Part shown: piece by piece, positions 49,946-61,089 of the stretch
Numbering within the stretch: position 1 is the first letter of the stretch
Layout of the letters: every line of letters begins with the position of its first letter
Assembly: GCA_040220235.1 (NCBI GenBank)
Contig: JAVJTO010000063.1
DNA: 64,000 bases
Source of the DNA: Coleofasciculus sp. B1-GNL1-01
Lineage (GTDB): Bacteria > Cyanobacteriota > Cyanobacteriia > Cyanobacteriales > Coleofasciculaceae
Strand: one strand, 5' to 3'
Made by a program: the position numbers and the translations under genes
The notes under the pieces: generated by a model
Databases searched by the model: none
Seen by the model: the letters and a program-made list of their open reading frames with translations, nothing else
What the model was told of the DNA's origin: nothing

Positions 49946-50997
49946 TAATATATAGATAAGTTATGCATAGACGACAGGGAGGGACTCAGAGCATCGGCAC
50001 TAATTCCAGCGCGATGGATCACTAACCTACCCAGTGCCTCTAAATACGAGTGTACTCGCACCGCTTTGATTGCCAAAGGTTCTGGAGGCACTTGCATTGA
50101 GGTTTGGTTATCCTCAACGGCAATAATTTGAGTCCGTAACTGACTTAAGCTTAACAAGGCACTACCACCACAGGCACTAGCAGGAATCACTACCGCATCC
50201 ACATCCTCTGCCCAAATTGCTCCCGGTTGACGCGGTGTCACCTGAAATTGCGGAGCGCGACTTAATCCCACCAGCACACAGGGTAGAAATGTATAGCCTA
50301 ATTCCTCGGCTGCCGATCGCGGCGACAAGGTGGGTTCTAGGGGAAGAGGCATTAAAGCTGGGGCGTGGGCGCAGGGGATTTGGAAGGTTCGCACAATCAG
50401 GTGACTAATCACGGCTTCTGCACCTGCCAAAGGATCGACTCCTTGTCCCTGTCGGTATGCTTCTAGGGCTTCGCTTCCGAGATCATCGGGAAAACGAGCC
50501 ACTACTGCGATCGCGTCAGCCTTTGCCTGTTGAATCAGCACTTCAGCCGATCGCAACAAACTATCGGGATTGCCAATCGTACCCCAACTCGCCCCCGATG
50601 GCGCTGTCCGCAGTTCCACATTCAGGGGTGCGTCGGTGATTACGTAGTCGGTCAGATTCAGTCCCAGGGTGGCTCTGGTGGCATCAGCCGCTTGCAGATG
50701 GCGCAAACGCAGATCCGGTTCAATCCCCTGGTCGAGAATTAATCCCACCCGATTTTGATGCACAGGTTGTAATCCCCAGCATCCAGCGGCAAATTTGTCA
50801 AGCCCATAGCCTTCGACATAGAGGGCGTTGGGTAAATTCCAATAGAGTTGAGCGCCATTGAGGACATTGGGGTGAGTAATTAGGCGATCGCAGACTTGAG
50901 CGATCGCTCTGGCGACGGGTAAAGCGTCTCCCGCATAGCCACCAATGGATGCGCCAATTCCTGTGGGAATGATTAAAACAACGGTGTATGGACGCAC
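49945..50997 (-). CDS. DUF3326 domain protein
   Basis: IPTGIGASIGGYAGDA, ITHPNVLNGA, GVDPLAGAEAVISH, AAEELGYTFLPCVL. Confidence 0.88.
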   Translation of the reverse strand: MRPYTVVLIIPTGIGASIGGYAGDALPVARAIAQVCDRLITHPNVLNGAQLYWNLPNALYVEGYGLDKFAAGCWGLQPVHQNRVGLILDQGIEPDLRLRHLQAADATRATLGLNLTDYVITDAPLNVELRTAPSGASWGTIGNPDSLLRSAEVLIQQAKADAIAVVARFPDDLGSEALEAYRQGQGVDPLAGAEAVISHLIVRTFQIPCAHAPALMPLPLEPTLSPRSAAEELGYTFLPCVLVGLSRAPQFQVTPRQPGAIWAEDVDAVVIPASACGGSALLSLSQLRTQIIAVEDNQTSMQVPPEPLAIKAVRVHSYLEALGRLVIHRAGISADALSPSLSSMHNLSIY

Positions 50998-51002
50998 AAT
51001 AA

Positions 51003-51197
51003 TTAAGGGGTGGACGGTTGAGAATTAGTCTTGGTGACAATTGCTTCAACCTGAGCCTTTTGCTCCTGAGTATCCACAGATGTAACCGCCCAACGCAGGG
51101 GTTCTCCCTGTTTTTGCAGTTCTGTCTCAATGGCTTGATGGAGTTGTTTGGGTGACTCCTGGAGGTCAATTTCAGCAGTAATGAAGTGAGTTGTCAT
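51003..51197 (-). CDS. Small conserved cyanobacterial protein
   Basis: 64 aa with GEPLRWAVT, inside the ferredoxin-DUF3326-CPBP operon. Confidence 0.7.
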   Translation of the reverse strand: MTTHFITAEIDLQESPKQLHQAIETELQKQGEPLRWAVTSVDTQEQKAQVEAIVTKTNSQPSTP

Positions 51198-51227
51198 TTT
51201 CTTTGTGGGGTAAATTACAATGAATGA

Positions 51228-51548
51228 TTAAGACGGTTGACCGAATTGCCGATCATACACCTCGTCTTCCTTACCGGATTCAACTTTCAGGTTAGAGCGC
51301 GGTAAGGCGATACAAAGCAAGACATACCCTTCCTCTTGCAATTCCGGTCCAAGTCCCATCCCTTCGCTTTGATCAACAGAACCCTCAATGATTTTAGCGG
51401 CACAGGTTGTACAAACGCCAGCATTGCAGGAATTGGGTAAATCTATCCCTTGTTCCTCCGCAGCCTGAAGAATTTTTTTGTCCTCTGGGACTTCTATCGT
51501 GTGGGTTGTACCTTGGTGATTGATTTCGACGGTGTAAGTCTTGGACAT
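51228..51548 (-). CDS. Plant-type [2Fe-2S] ferredoxin (minor Fed3-like type with EDEVYxRQFG tail)
   Basis: CNAGVCTTC...LLC cluster motif. Confidence 0.92.
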   Translation of the reverse strand: MSKTYTVEINHQGTTHTIEVPEDKKILQAAEEQGIDLPNSCNAGVCTTCAAKIIEGSVDQSEGMGLGPELQEEGYVLLCIALPRSNLKVESGKEDEVYDRQFGQPS

Positions 51549-51680
51549 TGTACCTCTTAGCGGCTTTCCAGGTTAACTTTCCCGGTTCGGGAAAAAATAT
51601 TGACCGGGATTATTTTAACGTTTGTTGTCGGATTCCAGGCTATCCTAAAGTTTATTACGAGACCGACACTCTAGATTTTC

Positions 51681-51944
51681 ATGGTTGATCCGATCGCATC
51701 CTCTCGTACCCACCCGGCTGACCCCTCCCTCCCGCCTTCCTGGAACTATGAGGCGACAGTGGCTCAGGTGGAAACGATTATCGAGCAAATCGAGCGAGGG
51801 GAACTGGAATTAGCCGAGGTATTTGACCAATTTGCCTCGGCTGTCGAGTATTTGCGTCAATGTGAAGCGTTTTTGCAACAGCGACAACAGCAAATGGATT
51901 TGTTGATTGAGACATTAACAGATGAGTCAGATTCCCCGACTTGA
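51681..51944 (+). CDS. xseB: Exodeoxyribonuclease VII small subunit
   Basis: [36 protein letters not shown]. Confidence 0.88.
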   Translation: MVDPIASSRTHPADPSLPPSWNYEATVAQVETIIEQIERGELELAEVFDQFASAVEYLRQCEAFLQQRQQQMDLLIETLTDESDSPT

Positions 51945-52188
51945 TCTCTAACTTTTTACCCATCTGTTCGATAACAAATTACCTTGTTCAATCTAGCGTT
52001 TTACAGTTGGGTGATGTACATTATCAAGGGCGCAAGCCTTGCGCCCCTACAGATTTCATGTAGGGTGGGCAAGATTGATAATCCTTGAAATTTGTTATAT
52101 CTTGCAGATGGTGATTAGAAATTATCGCTTTTAATTGTATTAATTATTAAGGTTTATTTATGATTAGTTGATGCAAAAAAATGTCTAA

Positions 52189-52836
52189 TCACCCCCAAGG
52201 GAGAGAAGGGCTTGATGCATCAGGATGTTGTTCTGGAACTTGAATTCCAGGAACCCAAATTCGTAATCTGTCCCATATATGACGCAGTGTCATATACACT
52301 TCTGTAATATCAGTAATCTCAGTTTGAGCATCAATTTTATCTACCTGAGCTTCTGCTTGCTCACACATCTGCTTAAGCTGCTCAATAACCCTCTGCCTAT
52401 CTTGTGAAGATCTTGCTCCCTGAAAATTATCTCGAATGAAGATAAAAATTTCAGTAAAAATTGGAATCACGGACGATGAATCAATAGCACATGAAATTGT
52501 GTCCGAATATCCCCACCAAATAGCTCCTATGTCTGCCGCTGATCTACCGAGTTCATTTGCCGTATGACAAGCAAAAGCATAAACGGTACGTTGACTTAGC
52601 AGTTGTACATCACCACAGGACAAAGCCACATCACCATTGTGACCTTTCAAGGCATTACGAACACCATGACACATGGCAAAGACAGGCAAAACATCAGCTT
52701 TAGACAATACGGCGATAAGTTCTTTACGTGTTGCTTTCTTTTCAAAAAGTGTGACACAATCCTCTGTTATAATTAGCTTGGCAATAGCGATATTTGCTTG
52801 AGTCGATGCGTCATAAGCGGGGACAAATACGATCAT
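52189..52836 (-). CDS. Putative clan CD (caspase/gingipain/CHAT-like) cysteine protease, single domain
   Basis: ATRKELIAVL helix, VFAMCHG (His57), VYAFACHT (Cys90), GAIWWGY; helical C-terminal half. Confidence 0.6.
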   Translation of the reverse strand: MIVFVPAYDASTQANIAIAKLIITEDCVTLFEKKATRKELIAVLSKADVLPVFAMCHGVRNALKGHNGDVALSCGDVQLLSQRTVYAFACHTANELGRSAADIGAIWWGYSDTISCAIDSSSVIPIFTEIFIFIRDNFQGARSSQDRQRVIEQLKQMCEQAEAQVDKIDAQTEITDITEVYMTLRHIWDRLRIWVPGIQVPEQHPDASSPSLPWG

Positions 52837-53609
52837 TCAGATTCTCTCCGATTCGCTTTTCGCTTCATAAAATCTCGTGCTACTCTAAGTACATCCGATG
52901 CATATTGCTGCCCAATTTCTGTACCTTCTTCAATTTGCTTTCGGAGTTCTTCTGCTGTAAACATCTCTCCTGTTGCCGTTTTCCAAATGACCGTAGTTGC
53001 CGGAATGATTTCACGAATAAGCCCAGCAAAAACATCCCGACTAATATTACGGGAAACACTTTCAAAATGAGGTGTTGGTTGTGCAGCTAATAAGCGATCA
53101 AGACCTTGTAAAAAGTTCCGCAGTGAAGGTGATCTTGCCTCCGCTCTATCAATATTGATATTTTTCACAAATTGCCAAGAACTAATAGTCTTGCCAAAAG
53201 CTAGTTCTGCATGACTTTTTGGACTTTTAATGTCTTCGGGTAACGGCAGTGCAGGTGAGACTTCAATTCCCCATTGAGTTTTGGCGTTTTCTATAGCTGT
53301 AATCTCATCGGCGAACAGCCAAGCCTCAACTTCTGGAATAGCACAAAAGACTCGTACAGAAGGATATCCTAACCGTCTGTGAGCCTTGTCTAAAGCCTCT
53401 GGAATACTTGCTGCATCACAGTTAACTAAAACAGCACAACTTCTTGTAATACCGGGAGGTAATCCTTGCAAGAAAGTTTTGAGGTTACTTTTAGCAACTG
53501 CATTTATTTTAATCTTATCTAGAGGATAATTAGCCGCTTCTAGAATCCAAGATATAATCTGAATGTGATTTTTATTTTCAACAATAAGTTGAATTGATCC
53601 ATCTTGCAT
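52833..53609 (-). CDS. DUF4276/TOPRIM-like protein with C-terminal extension
   Basis: LIVE (TOPRIM Glu), VLVNCD (degenerate DxD), AIPEVEAWLFAD, RSPSLRNF, plus about 80 extra C-terminal residues. Confidence 0.62.
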   Translation of the reverse strand: MQDGSIQLIVENKNHIQIISWILEAANYPLDKIKINAVAKSNLKTFLQGLPPGITRSCAVLVNCDAASIPEALDKAHRRLGYPSVRVFCAIPEVEAWLFADEITAIENAKTQWGIEVSPALPLPEDIKSPKSHAELAFGKTISSWQFVKNINIDRAEARSPSLRNFLQGLDRLLAAQPTPHFESVSRNISRDVFAGLIREIIPATTVIWKTATGEMFTAEELRKQIEEGTEIGQQYASDVLRVARDFMKRKANRRESE

Positions 53610-53860
53610 AATATCATAATACCTTAAATTAAAAACTTAAATAATAACTAAATCATAGGTTTAGTTATTTTTCTCATAAGTTAAGCATAGCAAGATTGGT
53701 ATATCCTGATCAATAAGCGTGACGAATTAGACTTATCTGCTAATTAGCTGACAATACTCTATCTAGGGGTTTATGTCCTCAATTAGCGATCCCACCTACT
53801 ACATATAGGAATTCTCTCTATTTGATGAACAGGTCTAGTGCTAATTTGAACAATCGCTAC

Positions 53861-54430
53861 TCACGCCAACAAATCATCAATCGCCACACCAAACCCATCT
53901 AACACCTGCTGTGTCCTGACAATATCACCCTGATTAAATAAAACTTGTTGCTGTTGTGTAATCACCAAAACCCATTGACTCTCAGGAAACACTAACCAAA
54001 GTTCCTGACACCCCGATCGCAGATACTCTTTGACCTTACTAAAAACCTCTTCCGCCCCATCTGTCGGTGAAATAATCTCAGCAATTAAGGGAAAACTTTG
54101 GGATAAAACTGTAAATTCCCCAAATTGTTCCACCAGTTCCGGAGTGAGGTAAGATACATCAGGGCGACGCCCTCGTTCTCCTGTCCAACATGGCGTTTCC
54201 GTGTAAACATCTCCGCCTAGACTCTGCTCCTCTTTATAATTTCCCCAATATCGAGCTAATCGTGCTTGAATTCGACCATGTTTGGCTGTCATCCCTTGCT
54301 TCTCCACCAACTGACCATCTACCCATTCTGTATGGTCAGGGGGATTCAGCAAATAGTCTTGGACAGAGAAAATTGGAGACTCAACCTGAGAATCCTGGGA
54401 ATTCGCGATCGCGTATGCCATAGTTATCAA
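53861..54430 (-). CDS. Uma2 family PD-(D/E)XK endonuclease-like protein
   Basis: EWVDGQL, H..IQ, RRPDVSY, PLIAEIISP, KVKEYL..G..ELWLV.P. Confidence 0.92.
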   Translation of the reverse strand: MITMAYAIANSQDSQVESPIFSVQDYLLNPPDHTEWVDGQLVEKQGMTAKHGRIQARLARYWGNYKEEQSLGGDVYTETPCWTGERGRRPDVSYLTPELVEQFGEFTVLSQSFPLIAEIISPTDGAEEVFSKVKEYLRSGCQELWLVFPESQWVLVITQQQQVLFNQGDIVRTQQVLDGFGVAIDDLLA

Positions 54431-54634
54431 TCATCCGTATTTTCAGTCATCCTTAACAAAGGACAAATGATATTAATTCCGTATACATCTTCATCCTTTG
54501 TTAATAGATAACTAACCTGTCAGTGTAATCCGTGTGACTAATCCTTCATCCCCCTACTCCCATCTCTCCAATAAATCCGTGAAATCAGTGTTTTGACGAA
54601 TGACAAATGACGAATGACAAATGACAAATGACAA

Positions 54635-55603
54635 TTAAGCCAACATTTCCTGCGCCCGCTTAATATTTTTACGAACCGATTCGGCTGACGTATGCAGGGC
54701 GGCGAGTTCGGTATCCGTGAGGTTAAGTTCCACAACTTTTTCCACACCTCGACATCCTAACCGCGTTGGGACACCAATGAAAATATCTTTTAAACCATAC
54801 TCCCCATCTAGGTAGGATGACACGGGCAAAAGTCGCGACTGATTATGTAAAATGGCTTCCACCATCGCGCAAGTCGAGGATGCAGGCGCGGAATACGCCC
54901 CCCCAGTTTTCATCAGATTCACAATTTCTGCGCCACCATGACGAGTTCGATCCACTAAACGATCAACTGTTTCCTCATCCATCAGTTCAGTAATCGGAAT
55001 CCCTCGCACTGTGGAGTAGCGGGGTAAGGGTACCATTAAATCGCCATGACCCCCTAAGACTAACCCACTGACATCCGCAATCGATACCCCTAATTCCATC
55101 GCAATAAAGGTTTGGAAACGGGCAGAATCCAGCATTCCCGCCATTCCCATCACCCGTGACGCGGGTAATCCTAATATTTGCCAGACCAAGTAGGTCATCA
55201 CATCCAGAGGATTTGTGACAATAATATACAAGGCATCCGGCGATCGCGCGATCGCTTTTTCCGCCACCTCAACCGCAATCTTGGCATTAATTTTAAGTAA
55301 ATCATCTCGACTCATCCCCGGTTTACGGGGTAAACCCGCCGTGATGATCACCACATCCGATCCGGTGGTATCCATATAGTCATTGGTGCCAAGAATCTCG
55401 CGGTTGTGACAATCCATCCCCTGTGCCTGCATTAAATCCAGGGCAATGCCTTGGGGAATACCGGGAACAATATCTAAAAGTACCACATTTGCCAAATTGC
55501 GTTGGGCAATCCGGTGCGCCAAGGTGCTACCGACGTGACCCGCGCCAATCACGGTGACGCGGTGATCATTGCAAGCGATAGGTAAATTCGAGGAAGATGC
55601 CAT
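54635..55603 (-). CDS. mdh: Malate dehydrogenase (LDH-like)
   Basis: IGAGHVG, TAGLPRKPGMSRDDLL..N, NPLD, LDSARF, GGHGD. The likely start is the ATG at 55603. Confidence 0.95.
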   Translation of the reverse strand: MASSSNLPIACNDHRVTVIGAGHVGSTLAHRIAQRNLANVVLLDIVPGIPQGIALDLMQAQGMDCHNREILGTNDYMDTTGSDVVIITAGLPRKPGMSRDDLLKINAKIAVEVAEKAIARSPDALYIIVTNPLDVMTYLVWQILGLPASRVMGMAGMLDSARFQTFIAMELGVSIADVSGLVLGGHGDLMVPLPRYSTVRGIPITELMDEETVDRLVDRTRHGGAEIVNLMKTGGAYSAPASSTCAMVEAILHNQSRLLPVSSYLDGEYGLKDIFIGVPTRLGCRGVEKVVELNLTDTELAALHTSAESVRKNIKRAQEMLA

Positions 55604-55744
55604 GGCTATAGATCGATTCTGCGATCGCGACGATACAACTAACGTGGCACAGCTAACATGGCGCAATTTTACAGCTTTTTTTGGGCGCAAGCCTGGATTT
55701 TTGACCAGGCTAATGGATCAAATTAGGCGTGTCACGCTACTACT

Positions 55745-55963
55745 TTAGCTAGTGACTTCGAGTTGGTCGAGACGAAACCAAATGTTCGGGGTGGGTACAT
55801 AAAACTTGACAAAGGCATAGTCACCCCGGATATCGACCACTTCCCCATCACTTTCAAAAATATAAGGAGGAAAGCGAGTATCACTGGCTGTAGCTTCCAC
55901 ACTATTATCCAACGTTTCGCGATTTACGCGCACTAATGCGCCTTTTTTGAGTTTGCCTGCCAT
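55745..55963 (-). CDS. ndhO: NAD(P)H-quinone oxidoreductase subunit O
   Basis: [10 protein letters not shown]...NSVEA.ASD.R.P.YIFE..GEV...VPTPNIW.RLDQL. Confidence 0.93.
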   Translation of the reverse strand: MAGKLKKGALVRVNRETLDNSVEATASDTRFPPYIFESDGEVVDIRGDYAFVKFYVPTPNIWFRLDQLEVTS

Positions 55964-56151
55964 TACTTATCCCTAATATCGATATGAGTAAACGCTTTCC
56001 AGCCATTATCCCTCATAATTAACCTCTGAGTGTAGTTGCGCTTGTAGTTGCGCTTGTAGTTGCGCTTTAGCGCCATAAACTGAACACAGCCACCATTAAC
56101 CCTATTTAAAATAATAGTTAAACCCGCACCCCCCCATAAAAATCCAGCGCC

Positions 56152-59100
56152 GTGAACCCCATCAACCTCGACCCAATCATCGCTGCAATCAGCGCGATCG
56201 CACGTCCAGCCGCCCCCCTACTCAAAAATAAGCTGGAACGGGACGAAACCGTCATCAAACTCCTGAAAAAATTTAATCTCGATCCCGAACATCCCCATCC
56301 TGACTTTACCAGCATTTATCAATACGCCTTTGTCGAATATGGTATCAGTAAACCCCAGCCAATTCTCGAACTGTTCCGCCAAAAAGAGATTCAACAGGCT
56401 TTTCGCCAAGCCTTCGATCGCAATGACCCCTCCATTCTCCTGCAACAAGGGGAAGCCTTTCTCGACGGATACGCCTTAGGGGATGAAATCCGAGAATTAA
56501 GAATTGACCCCAAGCGCGAATTTGCCGCCTTTGCTACCGTATTCATTCAAGTCGCCAAGCGATCGCGCACTCCAGCAGACGTTCTCACCAACCAGAAAAT
56601 CGACTCATTACACAAATCGATGAGAACCCTGCATGAACGGTTGGATAGACTCCCCACCTTAACCGGAATTCGTACCGAGATAGCGCGGTTGGCGGCACAG
56701 GAATCTCTATTATCAGCCGAGGAATCATCCACCGAAATCTCCTGTCGGGCGTTTGGTTTAGCCCAGCAGATGAAGGGTTGGTTTGAAACCCTGGGTTATG
56801 ACTTTGAACCCTATCAAATCTGGGATGATACACATTTTGAATGGATTGTCAACATTCCCGCCCGACGCGGATATGACCGGATTTTGGTCAGGGGAATTGA
56901 GGGAGAAGCGGGAATTCGGGATGTCACCGCCTTGCGAGAATCAGTGGATACTCAACGAACCGATGAAGGTTGGTTAGTCACCCAACGTCGCATCAGTCGC
57001 GCCGCCCGTGATGCGGTAGAAACGCGGGAAAATCGTGATTTATTTTGTTATACCTTTGATGAATTATTAGATGAATACGCAGATTTCCGGGACTATTTGG
57101 ACTGGTTAGAAACAGAGGTAAAATGGCGCGGGATTGATCAAAAGTATGTGCCGTTAGCTTGCAGCAAAGCAGAGATTGATCCGATGACTCAGCGTCAGAT
57201 TGCCGTGAGTCGTTACGATGAACGCGATGGCTGGATTGATGGGTATATTGACCTTTGGTTAGATGACCCAACAAAAGAGCATATTTCAATTTTAGGAGAA
57301 TTTGGTACAGGCAAAACCTGGTTTGCCTTCCACTATGCTTGGATAGCATTGCAACGGTATCAGGAAGCAAAAAAACGCGGTGTTTCTCGTCCTCGCTTAC
57401 CCTTAGTGATTACCCTGCGCGACTATGCCAAAGCTGTTGATGTGGAGAATGTTCTCGCGGGTTTCTTTTTTAGTCAGCATAATATTCGCCTGAATAGCAA
57501 AGTCTTTGATCAACTCAATCGCATGGGGAAATTGCTGCTAATTTTCGATGGCTTTGACGAAATGGCAGCCAAGGTTGATCGCCAGCAAATGATTAACAAC
57601 TTCTGGGAATTGGCGAAAGTAGTTGTACCCGGAAGCAAAGTTATTTTAACCTGTCGCACTGAACATTTTCCCGAAGCAAAAGAAGGACGAGCGTTGCTGA
57701 ATGCGGAATTGCAAGCCTCGACTGCGAATTTGACCGGGGAAACGCCTCAGTTTGAGGTGTTGGAATTGGAGAAGTTTGAGGATGACCAAATCCGTCAGGT
57801 TTTATCGTTTCAAGCTCAACCTGCCACAGTTGAAAAGGTGATGGAAAATCCTCAGTTATTGGATTTAGCCCGTCGTCCAGTTATGACGGATTTGATCTTA
57901 GAAGCATTGCCAGATATTGAAGCAGGTAAACCTGTGGATATGTCCAGGATTTATCTGTATGCGGTAAAGCGCAAGATGGAACGGGATATTAAAGCTGAAC
58001 GCACGTTTACATCGTTAGCTGATAAGCTTTATTTTCTGTGTGAGTTGGCGTGGGAGATGTTATCAACAGATCAGATGAGTCTCAATTATCGGCAATTTCC
58101 CGATCGCATTCGTCGGTTATTTGGTTCAGTAGTTCGGGAGGAAAAGGATTTAGACCATTGGCATTATGACATGATGGGGCAATCGATGCTGGTTCGGAAT
58201 GCGGATGGCGATTATACTCCAGCGCATCGTTCGCTATTGGAGTTTTTTGTCGCCTATAAATTTGCCGCCGAGTTGGGGGTATTGGCGGCTGATTTTACCA
58301 AATTGGCTCAAGCACAATCTTATATTGATGACAGTGCTACACCTGAGAATTATACCTGGTCATCCTATTTTAATTGCCAGATAGATAAGGCAGGAAAAAT
58401 CATGCAAATTGCGCCGTCAAAAGGATTTAAGAGTGAGTCACTAGCGCAATTACGCCAGACATTAGGACAAGCACCGTTGACAAAAGCGGTAATGGATTTA
58501 ATGATACCGATGCTTGATTTAGCTTCTCCAACTGCGGTTAAGAGTAAAGTAACCGAGGAATCTTGCTCCCCTCTCCTTGCAGGAGAGGGGCTGGGGGAGA
58601 GGTCAAAAAAATCGTCGCTTCTGGAAATTCTGGAAGCAACACGGGGTAAAAGTGAAGATGAAGTGGGATATGTTGGGGGGAACGCAGCGACCCTAATGGT
58701 GAAGGTTGATCAGGCGGGGTTAGAAGGTAAAGATCTCAGTCGCGCAGTTATTAAAGGCGCTGACTTTAGCAATGCCAGCCTACGCCATGTTAATTGTACT
58801 AATGCAAATCTGGCTAATTCTGTTTTTACAAAAGTATTTGGTTTTGTCTTATCAGTAGCATATAGCCCTAACGGTCAAGTTTTTGCGACAGGCGAGGCTA
58901 ATGGAAAAATTCGCTTGTGGCAAGTTGCTAATGGTCAACAAATATTAATTTTTCAAGGACATACTGATTGGGTAAGTTCAGTTGCTTTTAGCCCTGATGG
59001 GAAAATCCTAGCTAGTGCTAGTCATGATATGACAGTAAAGCTATGGGATACAAACAGTGGAAAATGCTTGAAAACTTTACATGGACATTCAAATCGGATA

Positions 59101-60699
59101 AGAACAGTAGCTATAAGTTTAGATGGGATGATCCTTGCCAGTGGAGGTGATGATCAGACAGTAAAATTATGGAATGCATCAACTGGAGAATGCTTAAACA
59201 CTTTAAAAGGACACCTTGGTAGAATATGGTCAATAGCTATAAATTGTGACAGTAAAATTTTAGCTAGCGGCGGTTCTGATCATACGGTTAAATTATGGGA
59301 CATTACCACGGGTAAATGCTTGAAAAATTTGCAGGGACATACTAGCCATGTACAGTCCATAGCTATTAGTTTAGACGGTGCAATTTTAGCGAGTGGAAAT
59401 GATGACGAAACTGTCAAGCTATGGAATATAAATACAGGTAAATGTTTTAAAACTTTGCAACAACATACAAGTCGAGTTCGGTCAGTTGCCATTAGTCCAG
59501 ATGGTAAAACATTAGCAAGTGGTGGAGGCGATACCCTAGTTAAAATCTGGAATATCGAAACTGGACAATGCACAAAAAATTTGCCCGGGCATACCCGCGA
59601 AATACTTTCATTAGCGTTCAGTCCTGATAGCAAAAGTGTAATTAGTAGTAGCCATGACCAGACATTAAAAATTTGGGATATTCACACGGAGAAATGTCTG
59701 AAGACATTACAGGGACATAAGCATTGGATAAATTCTGTAGCCATCAGTTCTGATAATACAACTCTTGTTAGTGGTAATGAAGATTCAACAGTGAAGCTCT
59801 GGAATCTTCGCACTGGAGAATGTTTGCAAACTTTATCTGATCATACAGATTGGATTGATTCAGTCACTCTTACCACTGACGGTAAAATTTTAGCGAGTGG
59901 TAGTGGGGATAAAACAGCAAAAATTTGGGATGTTTCTATGGGGAAGTGCTTAAAAACATTGCAAACAGATAATAGCCCAGTGTTTTCAATCGCAATTAGT
60001 CGTAATAGTAAGATTTTGGTAACTGGGGGTAATGACAAAAGAATTAAGTTATGGAATATTCTTACAGGAGATTGTGTGAACATCTTACAGGAGCATACAA
60101 ATGGAGTTAGGTCAGTGTTAATTAGTCGTGACGATACAACTGTATTTAGCTGCGATATTGATGGTATAATTAAATCATGGGATATAAAAACAGGTAAATG
60201 CATAAATACCTTTCAAGGGCATAATCATGCCGTATGGTCATTGGCTATTTGTTCTAACGGTAAAATTCTTGCCAGTGCAAGTAGCGACCAGACAATAAAG
60301 CTATGGGATACCACGACAGGAAAATGTCTCAAAACGCTCCAAGGGCATACTGATAAGGTGTCTTCAGTAGCCATTAATGTTGACAGTACAATACTAGCTA
60401 GTGGAAGTAGCGATCAAACCATAAAACTATGGAATATTCACAGTGGAGAATGTCTCAGAACCTTACAGGGTCATACAAATCGCGTACAGTCGGTAGCACT
60501 GAGTCCTGACGGTGAAATCTTAGCCAGTGGTAGTTATGACGAAACAATTAAAGTTTGGGATGTGAAATCGGGCAAGTGTATAAAAACTTTAGTAAACAAG
60601 CCCTATGTGAACATGAATATCACGGGTGTTACAGGTTTAACCGAAGCTGAGAAAACCGCACTTAAAACTTTAGGCGCAGTAGAACATAGAGCATCATAG
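56152..60699 (+). CDS. NLR-like protein: N-terminal helical domain, degenerate Mrr-like REase, NACHT NTPase, pentapeptide repeat, about 14 WD40 repeats
   Basis: [43 protein letters not shown], repeated GH...V.S.A.S.DG..LASGS.D.T.KLW. Confidence 0.92.
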   Translation: MNPINLDPIIAAISAIARPAAPLLKNKLERDETVIKLLKKFNLDPEHPHPDFTSIYQYAFVEYGISKPQPILELFRQKEIQQAFRQAFDRNDPSILLQQGEAFLDGYALGDEIRELRIDPKREFAAFATVFIQVAKRSRTPADVLTNQKIDSLHKSMRTLHERLDRLPTLTGIRTEIARLAAQESLLSAEESSTEISCRAFGLAQQMKGWFETLGYDFEPYQIWDDTHFEWIVNIPARRGYDRILVRGIEGEAGIRDVTALRESVDTQRTDEGWLVTQRRISRAARDAVETRENRDLFCYTFDELLDEYADFRDYLDWLETEVKWRGIDQKYVPLACSKAEIDPMTQRQIAVSRYDERDGWIDGYIDLWLDDPTKEHISILGEFGTGKTWFAFHYAWIALQRYQEAKKRGVSRPRLPLVITLRDYAKAVDVENVLAGFFFSQHNIRLNSKVFDQLNRMGKLLLIFDGFDEMAAKVDRQQMINNFWELAKVVVPGSKVILTCRTEHFPEAKEGRALLNAELQASTANLTGETPQFEVLELEKFEDDQIRQVLSFQAQPATVEKVMENPQLLDLARRPVMTDLILEALPDIEAGKPVDMSRIYLYAVKRKMERDIKAERTFTSLADKLYFLCELAWEMLSTDQMSLNYRQFPDRIRRLFGSVVREEKDLDHWHYDMMGQSMLVRNADGDYTPAHRSLLEFFVAYKFAAELGVLAADFTKLAQAQSYIDDSATPENYTWSSYFNCQIDKAGKIMQIAPSKGFKSESLAQLRQTLGQAPLTKAVMDLMIPMLDLASPTAVKSKVTEESCSPLLAGEGLGERSKKSSLLEILEATRGKSEDEVGYVGGNAATLMVKVDQAGLEGKDLSRAVIKGADFSNASLRHVNCTNANLANSVFTKVFGFVLSVAYSPNGQVFATGEANGKIRLWQVANGQQILIFQGHTDWVSSVAFSPDGKILASASHDMTVKLWDTNSGKCLKTLHGHSNRIRTVAISLDGMILASGGDDQTVKLWNASTGECLNTLKGHLGRIWSIAINCDSKILASGGSDHTVKLWDITTGKCLKNLQGHTSHVQSIAISLDGAILASGNDDETVKLWNINTGKCFKTLQQHTSRVRSVAISPDGKTLASGGGDTLVKIWNIETGQCTKNLPGHTREILSLAFSPDSKSVISSSHDQTLKIWDIHTEKCLKTLQGHKHWINSVAISSDNTTLVSGNEDSTVKLWNLRTGECLQTLSDHTDWIDSVTLTTDGKILASGSGDKTAKIWDVSMGKCLKTLQTDNSPVFSIAISRNSKILVTGGNDKRIKLWNILTGDCVNILQEHTNGVRSVLISRDDTTVFSCDIDGIIKSWDIKTGKCINTFQGHNHAVWSLAICSNGKILASASSDQTIKLWDTTTGKCLKTLQGHTDKVSSVAINVDSTILASGSSDQTIKLWNIHSGECLRTLQGHTNRVQSVALSPDGEILASGSYDETIKVWDVKSGKCIKTLVNKPYVNMNITGVTGLTEAEKTALKTLGAVEHRAS

Positions 60700-61089
60700 A
60701 AAAACATTAAATTCCTTCCCCATAATCACAGCGATGAGAGAATAGCAACCGCCATAGCGGTTAGGACAGATCATTTGGTTCCAGACGTTCCGCCGGAACG
60801 TCTCTACAATGGTGCCGAAAGTCCTAATCGATGTGTCTACTGCTATATGTAATGGCGTGATCAACCTAATTTAATGAATTTAAATTACATCCAGAAACCG
60901 TAGGGGCGCACTGACGTGCGCCCGATTTAACCATCAAATCCATACCACAATTTTAGCTATGTCAGTCCAGTCCAGTAGCTTGAGTTCTTTAAACGTCAGT
61001 AAATCCTTCTCAAAGAGTAACCCAACGCTATAGTTAACCTGTTGCGACTAAAGACTAAATAGAGATTACTTTCTAGTAATTTATCATAG

